From Acidimicrobiia bacterium (GTDB lineage: Bacteria > Actinomycetota > Acidimicrobiia > Spongiisociales > UBA5794), in the NCBI GenBank assembly GCA_030066755.1, contig JASJAX010000001.1, positions 14,341 through 78,340 on the forward strand: a stretch of 64,000 bases of DNA, written 5' to 3'. Within the stretch, counting starts at the first letter, position 1. Every line of letters starts with the position of its first letter. Positions 57,200 to 64,000 of the stretch are shown here, one piece after another. The notes below the pieces were generated by a model, which saw only the letters and a list, made by a program, of their open reading frames with translations, was not told the DNA's origin and did not search any database. Made by a program: the position numbers and the translations under genes.

Positions 57200-57931
57200 T
57201 CAGTTGGATCGGGCGCCGGCCAACGCTTCGAGGACGTCGGCGACACCGTCGGGATCGTCGACACGGAACTCGGCGGCGGTCGCACCCTCACCGACTTTCA
57301 CGCCGACATCCCCAGCAACGAGCGTCCTGAGCACGTCCTCGTCGGTGGTGTCGTCACCGAGGAACACCACTGCCGTCGCACCCACCCGGCGCCGCCGATC
57401 GGCAATAGCCGTGCCTTTGTCGCCGTCGCCCACCAGGAGCTCGACCACCTCCTTGCCGAGGATCATTCGCACCCCCAACCGATGCCCAACCGCCTGCGCC
57501 GCGGCAGATGCCGCCGGCTGGTCGGTTGCCTGTCGATAGTGCAGCGACGCGCCACTCGGCTTCGGCTCGAGCAGCGTGCCCTCGTGGTTTGCGGCGACCT
57601 CCTGGAGTGCAGCGACGAGCTCACGGACCCGAGCCGCCTGATCTGGATCGGCATCCTCGGACGTCTCCGTCCCGTGCGTACCGATGAGCATGATGGAGTC
57701 GGGCGCGTCGGTCAGCTCCGCCAACACACTTCGCTCGCGCCCGGAGATGATCACCGCGTGCACGCCCGACATCTGGGAGAGCCGGACCAACGCGGCGAGT
57801 GCTCGCGCATGTGGTTTGGCCTCCGCAGGGTCGGGCACCAAGGGAGACAATGTCCCATCGAAATCGGCAGCCACCAGCAACTCGGATGTCTGCGCAACAC
57901 GTTCGAGTGCGGTTCGCAGGGCCGGATCCAT
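57200..57931 (-). CDS. otsB: trehalose-6-phosphate phosphatase OtsB
   Basis: HAD motif I LVAADFDGTLSP ... motif III VVFLGDDTTDED. One-nt TGATG overlap with otsA. Confidence 0.8.
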   Translation of the reverse strand: MDPALRTALERVAQTSELLVAADFDGTLSPLVPDPAEAKPHARALAALVRLSQMSGVHAVIISGRERSVLAELTDAPDSIMLIGTHGTETSEDADPDQAARVRELVAALQEVAANHEGTLLEPKPSGASLHYRQATDQPAASAAAQAVGHRLGVRMILGKEVVELLVGDGDKGTAIADRRRRVGATAVVFLGDDTTDEDVLRTLVAGDVGVKVGEGATAAEFRVDDPDGVADVLEALAGARSN

Positions 57932-59301
57932 CAACGAGTCTCCAAGGTCGAGAGACACCGCTGCGCCCACTCGAACACATCCGACTCCCGAACGACCCGC
58001 TGAAGCTTCCGCATGCGGGTCTTGACCTCACGGTCGGACATGGAGGCAGCCTGCTGCATGGAGTCCGTCACGCCATCGACGTCGTAGGGGTTCACGATGA
58101 TCGCCGAGCGCATCTGTTCTGCGGCACCGGCGAACTCCGACAGGATAAGGACGCCATCGCCGTCGACGCGGCACGCTGCGTACTCCTTGGCAACGAGGTT
58201 CATCCCGTCACGCAACGGCGTGACGAGCATGACATCGGCGGCGACGTAGTAGGCGATGATCTCCTCGAAGGGCAGCGTGCGATACAGGTACGAGACCGGC
58301 GACCATCCCGGCGCTCCATAGGCGCCGTTGATCCGACCGACGAGTTGCTCGATTTCGGCGCGCAACTGCTGGTAGGCCGGCACCTGCTCCCGGCTCGGCA
58401 CTGCGGCCTGCACAAACGCAAACCTCCGCTCGCCCTCCGCAGCTCGTTCCAGGAGGCCGGCGAAGGCCTTCAGCCGCAGATCGATGCCCTTCGTGTAGTC
58501 GAGGCGATCCATCCCCAGGATGATGTGGTCGACGTCACCGAGTTCATGACGCACCTCGGCGGCGCGCCGCTGAACCTGCGGCAGACGGGCCATCCGTTCG
58601 AACTCGGCTGTGTCGATCGCTATCGGTGCTGGCTGGAGGTGCACCGCCCGACCCGCCCACTGCAAGTCCCGCCGACCGAGCGAAACGGCACCGGCAAAGC
58701 GACGGGCAGCCCTTGCGAAGTTGTCGGCGCTTTGCCGGGTCTGGAACGCAATCACATCCGATCCGAGCAGCCCTTCGAGGATCTGGCGACGCCACGGCAG
58801 GCGAGCAAAGACCTCGACGGGCGGGAAGGGGATGTGCAGGTAGAAGCCGATCGTCACCTCGGACCGCATCGCCCGGAGCATCGATGGCACCAGCTGCAGC
58901 TGGTAGTCCTGCACCCATGCAATGTCGCCGGGACGAACGGCGGCGGCCGTCTCCTCGGCGTAGCGGCGATTCACCGCTACGTACGGTCGCCACGTGTGTC
59001 GATGGAACTCGGGAGGAACAATGGCGTCGTGGTAGAGCGGCCAGAGCGTGCCGTTGCAGAACCCGTAGTAGAACCCGTCCACTTCCTCGGTGCTGAGCGG
59101 CACCGGACGCTGCTCGATGCCGTCGTGCTCAAACGGCTCGTGATGGGAGTCGGGAATCCCCGGCCAACCGACCCAGGCGCCCTCGGCCTCCTGGAGCACC
59201 GGAGTGAGTGCCCGCACCAATCCGCCTGGACTCGCCACCCACTGCTCGCCGTTCCACGAGACCGGCAGCCGGTTGGCCACAACGATGATCCGTTGGCCCA
59301 C
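57931..59301 (-). CDS. otsA: alpha,alpha-trehalose-phosphate synthase OtsA (GT20)
   Basis: IIVVANRLPV...FLHIPFP...DYTKGI...LRDGMNLVAKEY are GT20 motifs. GTG start with GGGAAGGGGA upstream. Confidence 0.85.
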   Translation of the reverse strand: MGQRIIVVANRLPVSWNGEQWVASPGGLVRALTPVLQEAEGAWVGWPGIPDSHHEPFEHDGIEQRPVPLSTEEVDGFYYGFCNGTLWPLYHDAIVPPEFHRHTWRPYVAVNRRYAEETAAAVRPGDIAWVQDYQLQLVPSMLRAMRSEVTIGFYLHIPFPPVEVFARLPWRRQILEGLLGSDVIAFQTRQSADNFARAARRFAGAVSLGRRDLQWAGRAVHLQPAPIAIDTAEFERMARLPQVQRRAAEVRHELGDVDHIILGMDRLDYTKGIDLRLKAFAGLLERAAEGERRFAFVQAAVPSREQVPAYQQLRAEIEQLVGRINGAYGAPGWSPVSYLYRTLPFEEIIAYYVAADVMLVTPLRDGMNLVAKEYAACRVDGDGVLILSEFAGAAEQMRSAIIVNPYDVDGVTDSMQQAASMSDREVKTRMRKLQRVVRESDVFEWAQRCLSTLETR

Positions 59302-59316
59302 GAACGTCCCCTTCCC

Positions 59317-59351
59317 TCGAGTAGCGAGTAACGAGTAGCGAGTAGCGAGAC
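59317..59351. repeat. heptanucleotide tandem array (CGAGTA(G/A) x4)
   Basis: cgagtag cgagtaa cgagtag cgagtag cgagacc. Immediately upstream of otsA. Confidence 0.75.
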
Positions 59352-59447
59352 CACATCGGGTGACGAAATCGCTCTCTCGAAGCTCGCCGCTACGCCGAGC
59401 GTAATGCGGTCGCGACCCCGAGTATCTACTTCTTGGCCGCCTCGCCG

Positions 59448-59482
59448 TCTCTGTACTCAGTACTCGGTACTCAGTACTCCGA
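59448..59482. repeat. heptanucleotide tandem array (TC(A/G)GTAC x4) with a conserved flank
   Basis: gccgtctctgtac tcagtac tcggtac tcagtac tcc. Same flanks as the array at 42468-42500. Confidence 0.8.
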
Positions 59483-59501
59483 CCGGGCAGAGCCCGGTCG
59501 G

Positions 59502-60293
59502 CTATGCCTGTTTGGGGAGAAGCTCCTGGAGACGCTTGAAGAAGCGGGATCGTGCGACCGCATCGTCGGCACCGAGGCTTCGCGCTCGGACCAAGGCGAT
59601 GTCGTCGACATGGGGACCGAATGCGATCGTGCGGACCCCGGCGGCGGCCGCGGCCCTGATGGCATCGTCGGCAGCTGGATGGGTCAGGTCGACGAGCACG
59701 AGGACGGGCAACACGCTGCCGAGGCCGGCCTCGATGGCCGCTGGGTTGCGCCACACTTCGAGCGCCAATCCGCCGGCGGCGACGACCGGCTCGATACGTG
59801 ATCGATCCATCAAGTCGGTGCCGACCAAAGCTACCGCAGGCCGCCGTACAGCTTCGGTGTGCCCTTCGTTGCGTGGCCTTGCACCCCCGACCGCCTGCGC
59901 CTTCTGAACGCCCCATGCGAGATGAGCGCGCCACGCATCCTCACCAAGGTCACGCGATGACGCCGGCGCCAATCCGTAGAGGTCGCCCGGGAGCGCACGA
60001 GCCGCCACTTCGTCGCGTGGTGCTGGCTCGACTCCTGCGCTGTGAAGCGCATCCGTTGGGAACCGCATGGCCTCCTGGAACACTTCCAGCGGCGACCGAC
60101 GTTGCTCGTCGAGGGGCAGGTCGAGCAACTCGGTCAGTGCGCGTTGGAGCCAAGCCGCACCTTCGTCGACGACCGCCGACCAGCCTTCGGGCGGTGAGAT
60201 CAGGCGGTCGTGGAGGGCGGCGTCGATCACAGGACCGTAGGCAGCAACGAACGTAGTCACGAGATCACGGTCGATCGACATCTCAGGATCCAT
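59502..60293 (-). CDS. hypothetical protein
   Basis: ATG at 60293. Good coding character. No family recognised. Confidence 0.4.
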   Translation of the reverse strand: MDPEMSIDRDLVTTFVAAYGPVIDAALHDRLISPPEGWSAVVDEGAAWLQRALTELLDLPLDEQRRSPLEVFQEAMRFPTDALHSAGVEPAPRDEVAARALPGDLYGLAPASSRDLGEDAWRAHLAWGVQKAQAVGGARPRNEGHTEAVRRPAVALVGTDLMDRSRIEPVVAAGGLALEVWRNPAAIEAGLGSVLPVLVLVDLTHPAADDAIRAAAAAGVRTIAFGPHVDDIALVRARSLGADDAVARSRFFKRLQELLPKQA

Positions 60294-60434
60294 CAAGCGG
60301 AGGATACGGGGGGCCGATGCCAATCGGAAGGTTGCCCATTGGCGGGGTCGCTCGGCACCGACGGCGCCACGAGTCGACATTGCTCGGCAGCCACCTAGAG
60401 TCCTGCAGAAGCCCAAAGTTGGAGAATCTGACCC

Positions 60435-61154
60435 ATGCGCAAACTGTGGCGAATCGCCATTCTGCTCGCTCTCGTGACGACGGCCTGTCGCATCGAGGCG
60501 AACCTCGATCTCGTCATCGAAGAAGACGGCTCCGGCACCTACACGTCTGAGGTTGGATTCGACGAAGAGGTCCAGCAGGCGCTCTCTGTGTTCGGCGACA
60601 CCGACGAATTGCTCGGGGCCCTCGACTTTGGCGTACCCGGCGCTTCGACAAGTGAACGCGTCGAAGGTGACATGACCTATTCGGTGGTGACCTCCCCGTT
60701 CTCCGACGCCAGTGAGCTCACGCAGATCATCCTCGACAACGTCGAAGGCGAGAACCCGTTCGACCGTTTCGAGATCGACGTGACGGACGATGGTGCGACT
60801 GTCGATGCTTTGGTGCGGCTCCCCGAGGGATTTGCCGGTGCGTTGGGCGCCGCACCGGATCTCGGCGAGACGTTGGACGCTGCGATCGCCGTGAAGATCA
60901 CGATGCCCGGCCGCATCGTGAGCTCCAATGCCGACCGCACGGTCGGCGACAACCAGCTCGTGTGGGACCTCGGGTTCTCCGACACCGAGGTCGTGATCGA
61001 AGCCGAGTCGACGTTCAAGGAAGATGGCTTTCCGTTCTGGATCATCATCCTGGTGATCCTCGTGGCCGCTGCACTCGCCGGCTGGTGGTTCTGGTCGAAG
61101 CGCCAGGAGCAGAGCGCCATCGCAAGCATCGAGGCTGCCCAGGCGGAGATGTAG
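60435..61154 (+). CDS. hypothetical lipoprotein with a C-terminal TM (LppM/DUF3153-like)
   Basis: Lipobox LVTTACR. Acidic domain. C-terminal TM WIIILVILVAAALAGWWFW. Confidence 0.5.
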   Translation: MRKLWRIAILLALVTTACRIEANLDLVIEEDGSGTYTSEVGFDEEVQQALSVFGDTDELLGALDFGVPGASTSERVEGDMTYSVVTSPFSDASELTQIILDNVEGENPFDRFEIDVTDDGATVDALVRLPEGFAGALGAAPDLGETLDAAIAVKITMPGRIVSSNADRTVGDNQLVWDLGFSDTEVVIEAESTFKEDGFPFWIIILVILVAAALAGWWFWSKRQEQSAIASIEAAQAEM

Positions 61155-61307
61155 CCGCCAGTAGCCAGCGCATCAGCTCCTGCCGGCAGTCGCGTCAAAC
61201 CTCCTCTCGAGGCTCGAGGCTTGACCTCACGGTGAGACAACGCCGGTCTGCCGCGTCGACGAGTCGAATGCGGCGAGATCGTCGAGGCTCGAAGCTCAAC
61301 TCGGGGC

Positions 61308-62279
61308 TCAGTCGGTCAGGACTACCACGATCAGCAGCCCAAGCGGGCCTTTGACGGCGCCGACGCCGATGCGGAGATGGTTCCGATCGACCAGCTCTTC
61401 GAGCGAGGCCGGATCTGCCGCGAGGCCCTCCGTCGCCGACCGTGGTGAGGATGCCAAGGCCACGACCTGATCCGCCTGCTGGATCGGGAGGCCGGCGCGC
61501 TGCATGCGCTCCTCGATCGTGGATCCGTCAGCGGCGACGTCGGACAACCTGCCGTCGAGGTACAGCTCCTCCGCATAGGACAGCGCCATGCCATCGAGCA
61601 CGTCGTTGCGGACCAGCGGGGCCGCATCATTCGCCACCCGAATCCGGTTGATCTGCCGGAATGCGCTGCCTGCAGCCTTGCTGGTGATCTTCGTCTCCCC
61701 CGACTCCGCAGCCGGGATCCGCGTCGTCCCCGAGTCGGGGCCGATGACGACGGAGTCACCGAAGATGCCTTGGATCTGCAGTACTGCGGCGACAACTCGG
61801 TCGCCCGCAATGACCCCGATCAGCCGCTGCGGCAACCCATTGGGATCGGTGACCGTACTTGCGAACCGCGACTCGTCCAGCTGATCGGAGACCCCGGTCG
61901 GGATCGGCAGGAGGCTGAGAATCGAGACCACCACGGTGAGCACGACGGCACCGGCGAGCACCGAGAACCCGACACCCGCACCACGGTTGAGGGTCGACAA
62001 GCCGGGCATCAACTTGATGCCGTAGTGCAGCACGTTGGCCACGATCGTGGCGCCGATCCCGATGGCGAGGATGATCACGAGGCCCGCAATCAGACGGGAG
62101 ACGTCGGCAGACGTGCCGGCGAGCGATTCGACGACGACGCCAAACGGCGTACTGAGGCGAAAGGCGAGGAACAGGCCGACGATGACGACCGCGAGGCCGA
62201 TCACCTCTCGAATGAGTCCTCGCATCCAGCCTCGAACGGCAAGCAACGCGAAGATCGCCAGGAGTAGCCAATCCACCAC
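61308..62279 (-). CDS. CvpA-family-like membrane protein with a C-terminal soluble domain
   Basis: Four N-terminal TM helices resembling CvpA, plus a soluble domain of about 150 aa. Confidence 0.45.
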   Translation of the reverse strand: MVDWLLLAIFALLAVRGWMRGLIREVIGLAVVIVGLFLAFRLSTPFGVVVESLAGTSADVSRLIAGLVIILAIGIGATIVANVLHYGIKLMPGLSTLNRGAGVGFSVLAGAVVLTVVVSILSLLPIPTGVSDQLDESRFASTVTDPNGLPQRLIGVIAGDRVVAAVLQIQGIFGDSVVIGPDSGTTRIPAAESGETKITSKAAGSAFRQINRIRVANDAAPLVRNDVLDGMALSYAEELYLDGRLSDVAADGSTIEERMQRAGLPIQQADQVVALASSPRSATEGLAADPASLEELVDRNHLRIGVGAVKGPLGLLIVVVLTD

Positions 62280-62297
62280 GATGATCCCTCGGTTTCG

Positions 62298-63662
62298 TCA
62301 GACGGTCGACGGGGCGTCGTCGCCCGGTTGTCCGTTGCCGCCATTGTCGGTGGCCTCGGTGTCGTCCTGAGTATCCAACGCCACACCCCCGGCCTCGGGT
62401 TCCTCCGTCGAGGCTTTGCCGTGGTCGTGTTCGATGTGCAACAGGTCCTCGGCCTTCCAGAGGGCGCGACGGGGCAGCGACGGCTTGATCAAGGCGTCCT
62501 GAGCTTCTTCCCACGACTGGCCGAGTACCCGGGTACGCCAGTAGTGCCCCGCGAGGATTTTGACCGATGCCGTCACCGGCACAACGAGAATCACGCCCCA
62601 CACGCCGCCGACGGCGCCGCCCAGGATGAGAACCAGCAGCACAACGGCAGGATGGAGGCTCACCGTGGCTCGCAGTACGGCGGGGCTGATGAAGTTGTTG
62701 TCGATCTGCTGGACGGCAAACGCTACGACGGCTGCTGCAATTGCGGTGGTCACCTCACCGTTGACCACGAGCGCAACCGTCACACCGAGGCCTCCACCGA
62801 CCCAGGGGCCGACGAACGGGATGATGTTCAAGAATCCCGCAATGAGCCCAATGATCAGCCAGAACTCGAGACCGATGATGCGGAATCCGAGGCTCGTCAA
62901 GACCCCGACGATCAACGCTACGAGCACCTGCCCGCGAAGGAAGCCGCCGACCGCAGCGCCGAGGCTGCGGGTGACATGCAGGGTCTCCGCACGAAGGCGT
63001 TCGGGAATCATGTCGACCGTCTCCTTGCGGATGCGCGGGAGATCGATCAGGACGTAGAACGCTACGACCGGAGCCACGAGGAACACCAGGACGGCTTCGA
63101 AGAGACCCGAGGTGATAGCTCCCAGGTTGTCGAGCGCCGTGGAGATGATCTGATCCTGGTTGTCGGGATCGTTGAGGAAGTCCTCGACCTGCTCATACGA
63201 CCACAGGTCTACATCACCGAACCCGAGATCGGCGATCAGGCCCTCGATCTCCGCTGCCGAGTCCTCGTAGATGACCGGGAAGTCATCGGCGAGGGCTCCG
63301 GCCTGATCAGCGACGCTGGGCACGACGAGAAAGCCGAGGATCACGATGAACCCGGCGAGGACGAGGAACGCCGCAAGCGAGCCCAGAATCCGATGCACTC
63401 GACGGTGGTGGAGCCAGTTGACGATCGGATTCAGCAGGTAGATCAGCACGACGGCGAACACAACGGGCGCCAACAGCACCTCGAACCACCGGAGCACGAT
63501 GAGCAGCAGGTAGGCAGCAATCAGCAGCCCGATGATGCTCCATCCGGCGACCCCCGCCCTGGTGAGGAGCGCCCCAAGCGTTGGGCGGCCGTTTGCGGTG
63601 TCCGCGAGCTCTCGCCGAACGGCCTGGACGGGACCGACTGGCGGCGGTTGCTCGTCGGTCAC
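62298..63662 (-). CDS. AI-2E-family transporter (PerM-like)
   Basis: 8-TM AI-2E fold (LNIIPFVGPWVGG). Candidate GTG start at 63662 overlaps the stop of the upstream DUF3263 gene (GTGA). The ORF extends to 63869. Confidence 0.7.
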   Translation of the reverse strand: MTDEQPPPVGPVQAVRRELADTANGRPTLGALLTRAGVAGWSIIGLLIAAYLLLIVLRWFEVLLAPVVFAVVLIYLLNPIVNWLHHRRVHRILGSLAAFLVLAGFIVILGFLVVPSVADQAGALADDFPVIYEDSAAEIEGLIADLGFGDVDLWSYEQVEDFLNDPDNQDQIISTALDNLGAITSGLFEAVLVFLVAPVVAFYVLIDLPRIRKETVDMIPERLRAETLHVTRSLGAAVGGFLRGQVLVALIVGVLTSLGFRIIGLEFWLIIGLIAGFLNIIPFVGPWVGGGLGVTVALVVNGEVTTAIAAAVVAFAVQQIDNNFISPAVLRATVSLHPAVVLLVLILGGAVGGVWGVILVVPVTASVKILAGHYWRTRVLGQSWEEAQDALIKPSLPRRALWKAEDLLHIEHDHGKASTEEPEAGGVALDTQDDTEATDNGGNGQPGDDAPSTV

Positions 63663-63952
63663 GACGTACCGTCGCGGCCGCGTACCCGAGCGGCGATCTG
63701 CGCAGTGCGGTCGCGACGCATCCGCTGCAGTCGGCGAACGGTCATCGGTGCGTAGGCGAGGGCGGTGTCGTCGTCCATCAGCCGCCGGAGTGCCTGGTAG
63801 TAACGGGTTGCGCTCATTCCGAGGTACTCCGGTATCGCCCGGTCCTTGGGCTGCGGATAGAGCCACCACGAGCCCTCGAAGTCGAGGACTCGCCGATCCC
63901 GCTCGGACAGTCGGTCCGCTGCCTTGTCGGTGTCCGTCACCATGGCCGCCAC
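63659..63952 (-). CDS. DUF3263-family small protein
   Basis: LSERDRRVLDFEGSWW...GMSATRYYQALRRL is typical of actinobacterial DUF3263. Confidence 0.6.
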   Translation of the reverse strand: MAAMVTDTDKAADRLSERDRRVLDFEGSWWLYPQPKDRAIPEYLGMSATRYYQALRRLMDDDTALAYAPMTVRRLQRMRRDRTAQIAARVRGRDGTS

Positions 63953-64000
63953 GTTATTCGCGGGGTGTGACAGATCTGGGTATTTGGGGCCGCCGGGGGC

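Noticed and set aside
1-64000. Search for rRNA, RNase P, SRP RNA, tmRNA, riboswitches, integrase or transposase genes
   Set aside because: No sequence resembling the conserved cores of these RNAs or mobile-element enzymes was spotted by eye. Their absence is by inspection only and would need Rfam and HMM scans to confirm.

Overview
This is a 64-kb window of a high-GC chromosome (roughly two-thirds G+C by eye, not computed). The gene content fits an Actinomycetota genome, and Acidimicrobiia is only a guess. Supporting features are probable F420-type LLM and PPOX enzymes, OtsA/OtsB plus a TreS-maltokinase fusion, an ECF sigma/anti-sigma pair, a cyclase-ATPase-TPR regulator and many GTG/TTG starts. 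I call about 70 protein genes, tightly packed, with many 1-8 nt start/stop overlaps of the ATGA, GTGA and TGATG types. There are two tRNAs, tRNA-Ala(CGC) and tRNA-Arg(CCU). I see no rRNA, CRISPR, transposase or integrase genes. The housekeeping content includes molybdenum-cofactor genes (moeA, moaC, mog/moaB), plsY, MTA phosphorylase, uppP, CoA/fatty-acid enzymes, trehalose metabolism and a P-type ATPase. Four things stand out. First, a dispersed family of heptanucleotide tandem-repeat arrays, at least 15 of them, lies only in intergenic regions. The arrays often sit next to GC-rich hairpins, and they include a conserved two-hairpin element present twice with a compensatory base-pair change. 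Second, tRNA-Arg is followed by 209-bp tandem repeats that each begin with the 3' end of the tRNA, which looks like an att-site arrangement but has no integrase. Third, a glutaredoxin/NrdH-like gene may be selenocysteine-recoded. It carries an in-frame TGA that would give a UxxC motif, and it heads an 8-gene operon encoding redox enzymes, an ABC transporter and RidA. Fourth, a TetR-linked operon encodes 2-oxoacid dehydrogenase E1 alpha and beta without an E2, followed by saccharopine-dehydrogenase-like, DapA-like, ornithine-cyclodeaminase-like and Nfu proteins. Many long ORFs on the antisense strand of real genes are GC-frame artefacts and are not reported.
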